DNA from: Macrostomum hystrix
Lineage: Eukaryota; Animalia; Platyhelminthes
Direction: 5' to 3'
Assembly: GCA_950097015.1 (NCBI GenBank)
Contig: CATNEN010000038.1
Span: 34,906,001 to 34,970,000 of the forward strand
Length of the DNA: 64,000 nucleotides
A program made the position numbers and the translations under genes. Of this stretch, positions 1 to 13,316 are shown piece after piece; positions within the stretch are counted from its first letter, which is position 1; each line of letters starts with the position of its first letter. The notes under the pieces are model-generated. The model was not told where the DNA came from, did no database searches, and saw nothing but the letters and a program-made list of their open reading frames with translations.

Positions 1-265
1 AAATGGAACCACCGAAAGAATCATCCAGTTCGTGAGATTCCATGCTCAGAAACCGCCGAGGAATCGACAGTAAAGAATTCTCTGGTTGTCCCATGGGCCA
101 CTGGTTCGGGTGATTCTTCGGCGGTTTCCGCACACTTTACAATCACATCGGCTGCTTCCTGTGTGGTTTCTTTAACTCTTGCGAGATAGGGGGGATTTTG
201 GTAGATTCCACTCCTATTTTGCACAAAAAACCCGCCGAAGAAGCAGCCGAATTTTTTACAGGGTT

Positions 266-280
266 ACTATTACTACTACC

Positions 281-338
<58 letters not shown>

Positions 339-339
339 A
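266..339. repeat. (TAC)n microsatellite
   Basis: Direct reading; intronic, just upstream of an acceptor. Confidence 0.95.
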
Positions 340-363
340 TCCCGCTACACCCCTGCATCACAG

Positions 364-3300
364 GCTGATTACTCGCAACACTTACGAACGGGAAATGTTC
401 GATCGAGCCAGTCTAAAACTCGGCCTAGACAAGGCCGTACTGCAGAACATGGGCGCCAGCAGCGGCGGCGCCTCCGGCCAGCCGTCAAAGAAGGATGTCG
501 AAGATCTATTAAAGAAGGGAGCCTACGGCGCCCTGATGGACGACGACAATGCCGGGGATAAATTCTGCGAAGAGGATATCGACCAGATCCTCATGGGCCG
601 GACAACCACCATTCAGATTGAGTCCGGGGAGAAGGGTAGCACGTTTAGCAAGGTGAGTTTCGCACCTGTTTTGGCCTCTGACCTTAATTATAAAAGAATT
701 GCAGGAGAGCTGCAGGCAATGGCACATTATTTGGTGACACTAGACCCGCAGCTAGTAAGGAGGCAATTCTGCCCATTCCGCTTACACGCGCACAGATGCC
801 TCTGCACTGACTTTCTCATCGTCAGGCAGTGTACACTCTCACTGTGCCTTGCACGACAAGCCACCAAGCCTTCTCTCCGAGTCTGCGTCCCAAATGAATG
901 TGGCCTCGCCGCGGAATCGAGCTCAGGGACCTTGGTGCGAGAGGCTAACGCGTCAGACCGCTCTGCCACTCATTTGTCGGTCTCTGGCTTAAAAAATCGT
1001 GTGTACTTTTAGCCACTAAACTCCCCCAAATCTGCAGGCCAGCTTCTCCATGACCGGCAATCGGACAGACATCGATCTGGACGATCCGGAATTCTGGCAC
1101 AAATGGGCCCAGAAGGCCGGCGTCGACGAGAGCTACTTCAGCGCCAACAAGGACCTAATTGTCGACGCGCCGCGTCAGAGGCGTCAGACTGCTCGCTATG
1201 TGGCTAACGAGGGCGCCGATACCGCCGGCCTGGGTGCGGCTAGCCTCGCCAGCAGCTCCGCTGGCAGCGGCGTCGGCGGCCCAGGCGGCGGCCCAGGCGG
1301 AGGCTCCGATTCGGAGGCTGACTCTGACGATTCCGCTGGCGGTTCCACAATTGCCTACGGGCCCAACGGTCAGCCGCTGCCGCATTCGCTGCATCGTCGG
1401 CGACGTCGGGACAAAGCGATGGGCGAGCTGGAGCGAACCGACCTGTTCCGCCTGGAAAAAGGCCTCATGGCGTTCGGCTTCGGACGCTGGCGAGAAATCG
1501 CCGCCAGATGTGCTTCGCCAGCCAATTCATCGACATCGGCGACCGCCATGTCACTGACGGCGACATCACCGGAGGCTGAATCAGCTGTTGAACGCCTGAG
1601 CCGCGCCCTGCTGTCGCATTGTCTGCGATTCTACACCGGCGATGCCCGAATCCGCGCCTTTGTTAGCCACCTGCTCAGTTCCAGCAGTCCCGCCGGCGAC
1701 TCCGCCTCGGCTCTGCGACACTCCGGCCTCAGCGCGCCGATCGCTCGGGGCCGGAAAACGCGCCGAGTTGAGCCTGCGCCGCTGTTGGGCGCCGGCGGTG
1801 CGGCTTCCACATCAGCCGCCGCCGATGCCGCCGACGCTGCCGCAGCCACGACGCCAGCTTCTGTAGCAGCCGATGACTCGTCCAGCAACCAGCAGGCTCT
1901 AGATGATGCTTCCGACCGGATAGTGAGCTGTCCCAGCTTCCTTCGCCACCTGGAGAAGGCGGGCAATAAGCTGCTGCATCGCATTCGACTGCTCTACTTT
2001 CTGCAATGGCACATCATCGGCGACCAGGGTCCGGCCATCATGTCCGGCGCTAATCACCATCAGATTCGCGTCGACTTGCCACCGGCTGCTGACGGCGTCG
2101 AAAAGCCCGCCGACTGGTGGGACTCAGAAGCCGACAAGAGCCTGCTGATCGGTGTCTACAAGCACGGCCTGGACCGCTACGCGCCTCTCAGGTTGGATCC
2201 CTGCCTCTGCTTTTACGTCCGCTGCCCGCCGCCTGAGACGGCCAGTTCGCGTAAGGTGGCCGCCGCCGCAGCCGCGGCCGCCGCTCGTCTTGCCGCGTCG
2301 AAGGAAGAGCCGACAACGGTTGACAACGCAGATAGCGCGATGGAAGTCGATCAGGATGAAATGAAGGTCGAGCAAGAACAAATGAAGGTCAACCAGGATG
2401 AAATGAAGGTCAACCAGGATGAAATGAAGGTCAACCAGGATGAAATGAAGGTTGAACAGGATGAAATGAAGGTCGAACAGGGTGAAATGAATGTCAACCA
2501 GGATCAAATGAAGGTCAACCAGGATCAAATGAAGGTTAACCAGGTTGAAATGAAGGTCGAACAGGATCCCACTGATTCCGATGAAGTCACGCCAAAAGAT
2601 CAAGCTGTGGCGCAAGAGTCGGTTGCTGCGGTGGCGGAGCCGATAGAGTCTAGCTCGACAACGCTGCCGGCCGAAGAAGATGCCGCTGCTTGCAAGACTG
2701 ACGAGCAGCAGCAGTCAACTGTCAACGAGTCGGCAATGGATAATTCAACTGGCGCTGCCATCTCTGAAAAGGCAGCAGTCAGCGATCCGTTAGATGAGTT
2801 GAAGCAGGCCGAGCTAATGCAGCAGCAGCCGTTGCAGTTTCCATCGTCTACTGATTTGACAGCTCGGGTACGGCGTCTGATCGGCCTATTCCAGAAGCAA
2901 GCTCAGGCTATCGAATGCATGGAGACCGCCCGGCGTGCTCAGCTGGAACTGCTCGCTAGTAGACAGCAGCAACAGCAGCAGCAAATGCAGTTGCATCAGC
3001 AACAGTATCAGGTATATATGTGTTTTTAATATTTTTTACTCTGTAATCTTATAATATGTTCATTATTTTTTATCTCACCTGTCCATCTTATCTAATCTGT
3101 CCATGAGTTCTTATCTAACCTGTCCATGAGTTCTTATCTCACCTGTCCATGAGTTCTTATCTCACCTGTCCATGAGTTCTTATCTAACCTGTCCATGAGT
3201 TCTTATCTCACCTGTCCATGAGTTCTTATCTAACCTGTCCATGAGTTCTTATCTCACCTGTCTATGAGTTCTTATCTAACCTGTCCATGAGTTCTTATCT

Positions 3301-6300
3301 GACCTGTCCATGAGTTCTTATCTCACCTGTCCATGAGTTCTTATCTAACCTGTCCATGAGTTCTTATCTCACCTGTCCATGAGTTCTTATCTAACCTATC
3401 CATGAGTTCTTATCTCACCTGTCTAATCACCACTACCATAAAACCAGGCTTTCTTCGATGGCGCACCCAACGCTCGCTGGTCTCGCCGCGAGGAGCTGGA
3501 CTTCGGCCGCACCCTGGCCAGCTACGGCATCGAGCTGCGTCCTAGCGGCGGTGGCTATCACTGGGATCGATTCCGGTCGCTAGCCAACCTGACTAGGAAG
3601 TCAGACGCCGTCATGACAGCTTATTTCTACGCCTATTTCACCATGTGCCGAGATGTCTGTCAGAGAACCGCTGCCTGTTTGGCTAACAGCGGTTCGGATG
3701 AGTTCCTTTCGGCTGTTGCCACGGCCGATGCTCTGCGAGCCGCTTTCATGGTGAGAAAGTTTCGCGACTCATTTCCCTGAGCACTGCTACTCATGCTCGT
3801 CATTTTCTTTGTCATATCACTCATCATTATCTCCATACTACTCATTTTTATCTTATCATTCTACTCGTCATTCTTATCATTCTACTCTTCATTCTTATCG
3901 TACTACTCGTCATTCTTATCATACTACTTGTCATTTTTATCATACTACTCGTCATTCTTAATAACTACTCGTCATTTTTATCATACTACTCGTCCTTCTT
4001 ATCATACTACTTGTCTTTTTTATCATACTACTCGTCATTCTTATCATACTACTTGTCATTCTTATCATACTACTCGTCTTTTTATTATACTACACATCAT
4101 TATTATCATACTACTCGTCATTCTTATCATACTACTCGTCATTCTTATCATACTACTTGTCATTCTTATCATACCACTCATCATTTTTATCATACTACTC
4201 GTCATTCTTAATAACTACTCGTCATTTTTATTATACTACTCGTCATTCTTATCATACTACTTGTCATTCTTATCATACTACTCGTCATTTTTATCATAAT
4301 ACTCGTCATTCTTACCATACTACTCGTCTTCTTATTATACCACTCGTCAATTTTATCATACTACTCGTCCTCTTAATATACTACTCGTCATTCTTATCAT
4401 ACTACTCGTCTTTTTATTATACTACACATCATTATTATCATACTACTCGTCATTCTTAATAACTACTCGTCATTCTTATCATACTACTCGTCATTTTTAT
4501 CATAATACTCGTCATTCTTACCATACTACTCGTCTTCTTATTATACCACTCGTCATTATTATCATACTACTCGTCCTCTTAATATACTACTCGTCATTCT
4601 TATCATACTACTCGTCTTTTTATTATACTACACATCATTATTATCATACTACTCGTCATTCTTATCATACTACTCGTCTTTTTATTATACTACACATCAT
4701 TATTATCATACTACTCGTCCTCTTAATATACTACTCGTCATTCTTATCATACTACTCGTCTTTTTATTATACTACACATCATTATTATCATACTACTCGT
4801 CCTCTTAATATACTACTCGTCATTCTTATCATACTACTCGTCTTTTTATTATACTACACATCATTATTATCATACTACTCGTCATTCTTATCATACTACT
4901 CGTCTTTTTATTATACTACACATCATTATTATCATACTACTCGTCCTCTTAATATACTACTCGTCATTCTTATCATACTACTTCTCATTCTTAATATACT
5001 ATTCGTCATTCTTATCATACTACTCACAATTATTTTATCACACAACTCGCTTTTTTATCATACTACTCGTCCCTTTATGATACTAATCGTCCTTGTCATC
5101 ATACTGATGAAAATTCAGCACTCATCAGCACTTTCTCTCTACGCCATTCTTCCGCCGCAGATCCCAGACCGAGTACCGACGCCCGAAGCCTGGCCATCAG
5201 CCGAGTCCGTCTCCCCTGATCGGGCGGCTCGCTGCATTCGCCGCCTGGCCCTGATGCATCGGCTCAGACTGGAACTGGCTTCGACTGCATCAGCCGCGAA
5301 TGAGCATCATCAGCACCAGCTGGAGACTCGACTGGCTCGCCTGCTGCCATCGGCTGAAGCCCAACGACAGCACCAGCGTCAGCACCGACTCCCAGACTGG
5401 TGGCTGCCGGCTGTACACGATGCTGAACTGATGCGGGGCGCAGCTCGACACGGCCTAACCAGAGCCGAGGTGGCCTTCACCACAGATCACCAACTGCCGG
5501 CCTTCAATCTGGCAGCCGCTGCCGCAGCCACCTCCGGTTTGGCCGCTTGGCCAACCGAGCGCGCTCTCTGGCGTCGATTGGAGGCCATCTGCCACTGTCT
5601 GGCCACTGAGGGCGGCTGGCCGGCTCCGCAGACGACGTCGGCGATGTCGTCGACCGCGGCTGCGGCGGCCTCTCTAAGCAGCGACTCGGAGTCCGAGGAG
5701 GCTATTAGCACCGACGCTGATAGTAGGCGCGCTACTCCAGCCACAGCCACAGCCCTGATGTCCTCTTCGGCTTCGTCAGCCACCTCAGCCGCCACAGCAG
5801 CAGCAGCAGCAGCAGCAGCGGCAGCAACATCGGCGTCTAACGCGCTGATGGATGTTCGAGTACCAGTGCTCAGCTTGGAAACTGGCGCATTCATCTATCA
5901 GGATCGGGCGCCGAGTAGGCGCGATTTGGAGAAATTTCTGTTGGAGCACAGAGATTTTGTGCCCTACTCAATTGAGAAGGTGAGTTTGTCTTGTTCTACT
6001 GTGGGATAGCTGATCACGTGAGGTCTTTGACCCCGCAATAGTTAATAAAGTGGTCACTGACCCCTAGAATCGTTTATAAAGTGGGGTTTTTATGCATGAC
6101 CTAATCAGTAAAGACAGTCAGGTCAATGACCTAATCAGTAAAGACAGTCAGGTCAATGACCCAATCAGTAAAGACAGTCAGGTCAATGACCTCTACAGAA
6201 AAGACATTAAAGACAATGACCCCTATCAGTAAAGACAGTGAGGTCAATGACCCCTATTAGTCACAATGACCCCAATGAGTTAAGACAGTGAGGTCAATGA

Positions 6301-7591
6301 CCCCAACGCCGCACTCTGCCAGGAGGACCAGGAGATCTACGCCCGCGTCGCTGCAAGCCGTGGCCAAGATCCCACCCAGCTGCAGCAGACTCTGGAGGCC
6401 CTGGCCTATTCGCAGTACATGCAGCTCCTTGGTGGCATCGGCATGCCAGGCGGCAACTCCAATGCCGCTGGCTCGTCGTCGACCTCGGCTGGAGCTTCGG
6501 CTTCGGCTGCGTCTCAGGCGTACGGAATGCAGCAGATGCAGCATTACTATCAACAGGCTGCCTTGGCTGCCTACACCTCCGGCATGATGGGCGGCGGCGT
6601 CGGCAGTCTCGCCGACGTTCTGGCGGCAGCCGGAGTGGCGACGGCAACGCCGTCAACAACGCCAATGACAACAGCGTCGTCAACTTCCTCTACGTCGGCT
6701 GCCAATTCGTCGCGAGCGTCGTACGCTTCGTCATCAACTGGCAAGCAGCCCTCTTCTACAACTTCTTCCTCGTTGTCGTCGTCATCAGCAATGGCTTCCA
6801 TGCCGATGACGATATCGACATCAACGGGTGCTCCGGCAGCTGCCTCGTCGTCGTCTTCGTCGGCGGATGATTCGACGGCTGCTCTGATGGCAGCCGCCTA
6901 CGCCCAATACGCGGCTGCGGCGGCCGCCTATTCCAATCCGCTGATGTACGGTGGCTACTACGGCTTGAACGGCGCCGGAGCGTACGGAGGAGCCGCCTAC
7001 GGCTCTGGCGGCAGCGGAGTTGCTGGCACTTCAGCAGCAGCCGCTTTCTCGGGCATCGGCATCAGTGGCTCTTCATCCATGGGTTCCTCGTCTGCATCAG
7101 CGCTAGGTCGAGAGAAGTCTAAGTCAGCCAGCAGGCAGCGACACCATCAGCAGCAGCAGCAGCTTCATCACCAGATGCAGAATTATCATTCTCATCTACA
7201 TGGCGGCAACGGTCAGGCATCCTCAGCGTCTAGAAAGGCGCCGTCGAGTTCGCTTCAAGCATCGCAACTGCATCAGGCGCATCTAGTTCCGCCGGCTCCG
7301 CAGGCAACCAGGGGCCGGCCGCCTCAGCATCAGCGAAGTTCCTCGTCTGTGGCAGCTGCCGCCGCTGCCGCATCTTCAAGGCAGTTGCAGCAGCAGCAGC
7401 AGCAGCACCAGCACCAGCTTTTCCAGCATCATCAGCATTCCAGACTGCAGCAGCAGCAGCAGCAGCTTCAACAGATGCCGCCTCCGCCGCCGCCATCTGT
7501 GCCACTGGCGTTGCAACAGCAAGCAGCTGGGACTGTTCCAGAGTCTTCAGACTCTATGGATGGCGTGCTGGATTTGAGTACAAAGAAATAA
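364..7591 (+). CDS. CHD7: CHD6-9/kismet-family chromatin remodeller, 3' part (5' end outside window). Exons 364-652, 1038-3011, 3448-3750, 5161-5979, 6323-7591
   Basis: [109 protein letters not shown] and a BRK domain ([19 protein letters not shown]). All GT-AG junctions keep frame. Confidence 0.93.
706..972 (-). mobile_element. tRNA-headed SINE family A, copy 1 (CHD7 intron)
   Basis: Minus strand begins GAGTGGCAGAGCGGTC (A box) and has GCTCGATTCC (B-box-like); homologous to three other copies. Confidence 0.8.
2347..2566 (+). repeat. 21-bp coding minisatellite (MKV[N/E]QDE x ~10) in CHD7 exon
   Basis: Unit atgaaggtcaaccaggatgaa. Confidence 0.9.
3075..3424. repeat. 23-bp intronic minisatellite
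   Basis: Unit cctgtccatgagttcttatct(c/a)a. Confidence 0.95.
3860..5070. repeat. 21-bp intronic minisatellite with higher-order structure
   Basis: Unit tcgtcattcttatcatactac. Confidence 0.95.
6097..6303. repeat. 30-bp intronic minisatellite
   Basis: Unit atgacctaatcagtaaagacagtcaggtca. Confidence 0.9.
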
Positions 7592-8084
7592 GGGCGCACA
7601 CCAGCCTACTTGCAGTAGCTAAAACGCCCCAAGCCTCGTTAGTATTTCAAATTTCATAAAATATACATGTTTGTTTGTTTGTTTACAAAACTGTGCAATC
7701 TTATTCGCGACATTGCTGCGTTTTCTCTGTTTTGTTTGTTTGTTGTTGTCATTGTGTACAGGCATGCGTGTAAGTATTCAGTGTTTAGTATTAATGTATT
7801 TTATATTTGACTTGCTAATCTCGATTTCTTTTTATCCTTTTCATAATCTTTTTTACATACATAATCGAGACAATTTTGTTTATCCAATTAGACGGATAAA
7901 AGGACGATGCTCCATTTATTTATGCAGATTTTCTGACACTAGTTCCGCTGCACCGAGCCTTTTTTTCTTACGTAATCTCTGCTAAATATTTGTGAGGCTA
8001 TTTATTACTTGTCAATCATTCATAATCTACCAGTTTAGTCCGCTCGTTTGCAATGAGAACTCTCTACGACTCTACTAACTAAAC

Positions 8085-8407
8085 AACTCCCACCTCGCTC
8101 CCAGTGTACATTGGAACCCCTAAACTACCCCCACCTCACTGCCAGTGTACACTAGACCCTTAAACTATACCCCACCTCACTCCCAGTCTTCACTGGACCC
8201 CTAAACTACCCCCACCTCACTCCCAGTGTACACTGGACCCTTAAACTATACCCCACCTCACTCCCAGTCTTCACTGGACCCCTAAACTACCCCCACCTCA
8301 CTCCCAGTGTACACTGGACCCTTAAACTATACCCCACCTCACTCCCAGTGTACACTGGACTCATAAACTATACCCCACCTCACTCCCAGTGTACACTAGA
8401 ACCCCTA
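8085..8407. repeat. ~40-bp minisatellite
   Basis: Unit ccccacctcactcccagtgtacactggacccctaaacta. Confidence 0.93.
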
Positions 8408-9019
8408 AGCAACCCCTTAGTCGCAGTGCGCGACATAAAGTACATTTATCTCTATCATTGTTAATTGTAACATTGTAGATACTTATTGACAGTTGACGCA
8501 ATTTGAATTTTCGTCAGTTGTTTTAAGTATTCCAATTAAGATTTATAAAAGAAAGTCCAGTACCCATGCTGTCTGAAGTTAGCTTGTCTTTTTCTATTTA
8601 TTTCTATCTGTTATAACCATCAGTGTACTCGGAGTTTTTATTGTTGTTGCTGCTTTTTTCTGTAGCTGCAATTTTGTTAGCTTTTAGTCGACTATCACAG
8701 CTTTGCAGTGCAAATACATTTGCTTCGGCACATTTTTGTTGCTTTTTTATCACAATTCCTTGCTTTACTGTCTTATTCCTATGGTTTGTGGCTATGTAGG
8801 TGATTGATTTGTTTCGAGTTTGTTAATCTTTACTCAGCTGACAATATTTTGACTAGGTAGACAAAAATTGCATTCTACTTTTTTGCCATGCAATTTGGCA
8901 TGTTTTTTATTAAACTTCTTGACTTTTGTTTGCACCACTCAAGTGAGTTCTTATGGAATGGCTCAACTAGCAGACATCTAGTGTTAAAGTTTGAGACTAT
9001 TTACTGGTCGAATGAGAGG

Positions 9020-9762
9020 TTATTTAGTGGCCAGATAAGGGGCTATTTAGTGGCCAGATAAGGGGCTATTTAGTGGCCAGATAAGGGGTTATTTAGTGGC
9101 CAGATAAGGGGCTATTTAGTGGCCAGATAAGGGGCTATTTAGTGGCCAGATAAGGGGCTATTTAGTGGCCAGATAAGGGGTTATTTAGTGGCCAGATAAG
9201 GGGCTATTTAGTGGCCAGATAAGGGGCTATTTAGTGGCCAGATAAGGGGCTATTTAGTGGCCAGATAAGAGGTTATTTAGTGGCCAGATAAGGGGCTATT
9301 TAGTGGCCAGATAAGGGGCTATTTAGTGGCCAGATAAGGGGCTATTTAGTGGCCAAATAGGAGGTTATTTAGTGGCCAAATAAGGGGTTATTTAGTGGCA
9401 AAATAAGGGGCTATTTAGTGGCCAAATAAGGGGCTATTTAGTGGCCAAATAAGGGGCTATTTAGTGGCCAGATTAGGGGTTATTTAGTGGCCAGATAAGG
9501 GGTTATTTAGTGGCCAGATAAGGGGCTATTTAGTAACCAGATAAGGGGTTATTTAGTGGCCAGATAAGGGGCTATTTAGTAACCAGATAAGGGGTTATTT
9601 AGTGGCCAGATAAGGGGCTATTTAGTGGCCAGATAAGGGGTTATTTAGTGGCCAGATAAGGGGTTATTTAGTAACCAGATAAGGGGTTATTTAGTGGCCA
9701 GATAAGGCTATTTAGTGGCCAGACAAGGGGTTATTTAGTGGCCAGATAACAGGCTATTTAGT
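9020..9762. repeat. 23-bp minisatellite
   Basis: Unit tatttagtggccagataagggg(c/t). Confidence 0.95.
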
Positions 9763-11044
9763 GACATACACAGCTGAATATGATGCTATGCATAACGGTA
9801 ATCTATTGCATTTCCAGTTTCTGTGTTTCCATTTTTTTCTTCTAATTAGCGAGCCGCGAGCCATTTAGTTTGTTAAAATGGAATCCAAATTCCTAATTTA
9901 ATTTTTTTAGCAGTCTTTTGTCGCTTTTATTTTCGTTTTTTTGTTTGAATTTGAATTCGGCCGTCTATATATATATACAGTACACAGGACTCACGTTCTG
10001 GAGCAAAGTGCAATGCAATGGATAGCTTCATAATTGTATATTTCAGTCATTTTTGCTTCTTAGCTTTGGTTTCCCTATAAAAGCTGTTGCGTATATAAGT
10101 TTTATTATCGATTTTCCAAGCTTAAAAACTCCCACGCGAACTTCAACTGCTCCTTGCTTTATTGTTACGCCTCTATATACTTCAAATTAGTATATATTTT
10201 GTCCGACGAGGATTTGTAACTTACAATTTTCAGCGTGTGCAATCAATTTTAATTTATTTAAAGCGCTAAATCTGTACAGAAAAGGAACTTTCACATTGTC
10301 TTATCTAACCAGTCCCAAAAGCTAATTTAAACAGCTTTCAAATGTGCAAAGTTTTTTATAACTAAAAGTTGATGCTTTTTAATAATTAAAATTCTACCTT
10401 CAGCGGTGGTTAACCTCTCAATATTTATTTGCCGTTTTTATATTGTATTCGTGCCGTGACATTAATTATTTTATATTCTGCGCTGTTAATTTCTTCATTT
10501 CTCATTTAATAGATTATCAGGCATTGGGCCTGGCCATTTGGGTTGGTGGATTAGTTGGTGGATTATCTGAAAGGATTATCGTAAATTTTTAGTGGATTAT
10601 CCAACCAGATTATATTCACTTGGAACGGTGGATTATCGAATATTTTTATTAGAGGATTATACGACCGGATTATCGAAGATTTATATTAGTGGATTATGCG
10701 ATCGGATTATCGAAGTTTTTTTATTGGTGGATTATACGACAGGATTATCGAAGATTTGGATTTTTCGACCTATCGTACGCTCGTAGATTTGTTTATTTGT
10801 CTGTCGATTTCTCTATAATATGGGCGATGCCCGAAACGATTTTACTGGGTTCAGGTCGATTCCTCTAAGATTCTGGTGGAATTCTAGAGAACACTAATAT
10901 AACTCATCCATCTCGATGTGAAGCGCAGTCGATGCGAAGAAGTCCACCTGCTTCGCCATGTATTTGGCTTAAATTAGTTAGTTTTTTGTTAGTTTACACG
11001 GTTAGTTAAAGATAGTGCTAGCATTCAAAAACTTAAATTGAAGT

Positions 11045-13316
11045 CTACATGAACTCGCTTCCTAGGGTGATGCTGAAGGTGCCATCGAGAACGTATGTGG
11101 CGTGATACCATTGGTTGGGATCGACGTTAACTGCAATTTAGTGAGGTGAAGAATGACTTTTTGTACCTGAATTAATTAGGCTCAAGCATAGCCGACACTT
11201 ACAGATATCGCCAGGCTCAATGTCTACTTGAAGCTGCGAGCAGACAGTCTCACATTCGACTGGGGGCTGCAGAATCCAGCGCTTCCGACCCTGGATCTGG
11301 GCCTGCCAGGACGGACGGGCGAAGTAGTCGATCTGGAAATTAGTGAAGGGCGACAATATTTTTCACTGCTCTATCTGGCTCTACCCACAGCCTCTATCGC
11401 CAATGTACATTACAAGCCTTCTTCTCCCTTTCTAGGCTTAAATATCGACTCCACTTCTACACGAATGTACATTCCAAGCCTTCTGCCTTTCTAGGTTTAA
11501 ATATCGACTCCACTTCTACCCGAATGTACATTCCAAGCCTTCTGCCTTCCTAGGTTTAAATATCGACTCCACTTCTACCCGAATGTACATTCCAAGCCTT
11601 CTGCCTTCCTAGGTTTAAATATTGACTCCAAATCTATCCAAATGTACATTCAAGCCCTCTACTGCCTTCTAGGTTTAAATATCGACTTCACTTCAATCCG
11701 AATGTACATTCAAAGTCTTCCACTCCATCCATATTAAAACGCATGTACATCTTTATTCAATAGGTTCCTTATCATTTGCAATCTATCTGCATGAAAAGCA
11801 CCCCACGCGCCCATATGCACATTCCAAGCCTCCTGACTAGCACAATGAGTGCTGTTTTGTTCTGTCTCTCAATAGTCGTTTATTTTTTCCTTTGGCTTCT
11901 TTTCTGTTCAAATAGCAGCGATCCTTTTCAAAACCACAATGAGTCACCACACTTTCAGTGATCTGGCATCCATATGTTGTGAGTGTGTGTAGGTTACGGT
12001 ACTATAAACTCACGTGCAGCAGGGCAGCTCTGCTCGCACTGCCAATGTAGAACCAATCAGCAGCTGGGTGTTCAATCTCTGGCGCCAGGTAGTACGGCCG
12101 GTCGTGATAGTTTAAAAGTTCGCGAAATATGCCCCTATTTAGATTCTTCCAGCCAAAGTAAAATGGCTTCTGGCGTCGCTGCTCTGACATGTGCAGCGCA
12201 TCGCGAAGGGTAGCCAGCTCTAAGTTGAATGGGTCTATTATCTGAGAAATTATAGCAGTTAAAATAATGTCAGTGCTTGATCAAGGTCACGTGATAGATC
12301 CTTTAGAGTCACGTGACCCACCAGATTCTTAAGTGTCACGTGATCTACCAGATCTTTTGGAGTCACGTACCCACCAGATCCTTAGAGTCACGTGACCCAC
12401 CAGGTCTCTAGAGTTGTAAGACACTAAAAGTGGGGAACGAACCTCGCGCTGGCAGACCGAGACCAGTTTCTGGCTTGTTTGCCTTCGTCAGTCAGCCATA
12501 GCCACACGCAGTCCTCTCCCACCACTCTTAGTGTGCACAGAAGTCTCTTTTAAGCTTGCCATTTTTATGGCGATATTTTTTAGTGTTATGTGAGAGTTTT
12601 GCAGCCAAGACTTTGCTTTTCTACTGTTGTCAGTAGTCTGAATTGTATCTCTCACAAGAGTCACGTGATCTACCAGATACTTTAGAGTCACGTGACCCAC
12701 CAGATTCTTAAGTGTCACGTGATCTACCAGATCCTTTGAAGTCACTGAACCACCAGATTCTTTAGAGTCACGTGACCCACTAGATCCATAGAATCACAAG
12801 TCCTAACCTACCAGCTAAACCCACCTTGACTCTTCGTCCACTGCCATAGGCTGACGGATGCCTGTCGTGCATGTCGCGAATGAATTCGTAGCTGAAGTAC
12901 TGATGTGCCAGCCAGCCCCTGGTGGCATTCCTGACTAGCACAGGCCGGCCTGTATAAGCGTACAGTTCTAGAAAGCGCTGCTGTGACAGGTCAGTCTCCA
13001 CTGGCACGGCTGTCAGTCCCGCGCACATTGCGCTGCAGTTGCTAGGCGGCCTAGAAACCTCAAGCAGCCAGTCACCGGGCAGAAGGCAGGCCTCCGAGCT
13101 GGAATTGTACATCCACCTAGCCAATAGGAGCATCGCCAGCAAAGTCAGCAGAGTACACCAACTCATTGGCAAACGAAGAGGCTGACGCTGCCGCATTCCA
13201 AGCAGCTTGTCGGTGAGCTGTCTTTTCACAGCCTGCCTCGCGTCGTCGCTAGGCAGAGAAGCCAGCAAGCTTTCAACGTCAAGAATAAAATTTCTATACA
13301 AGTTTTTGTGCATCAT
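11045..13316 (-). CDS. Membrane-anchored JmjC/cupin-fold protein (JMJD8-like family). Exons 13316-~12825, 12241-12014, 11332-11203, 11130-11045
   Basis: N-terminal TM helix; YAYTGRPVLVRNAT, PFYFGW, RPYYL, LH|ID (HxD across a splice), WQAQIQGRKRW, WYH; canonical splice sites. Confidence 0.8.
11402..11715. repeat. 59-bp intronic minisatellite
   Basis: Unit ctaggtttaaatatcgactccacttctacccgaatgtacattccaagccttctgcctt. Confidence 0.9.
12285..12795. repeat. ~28-bp intronic minisatellite containing the GTCACGTGAC palindrome, split by the solo LTR
   Basis: Unit agagtcacgtgacccaccagatcctt. Confidence 0.88.
12415..12656. mobile_element. Solo LTR (242 bp) inserted in an intronic minisatellite
   Basis: Termini TGTAAGA...TCTCACA (TG..CA, imperfect inverted), 5-bp TSD AGAGT (12410-14, 12657-61); interrupts the GTCACGTGAC array. 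Confidence 0.75.
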
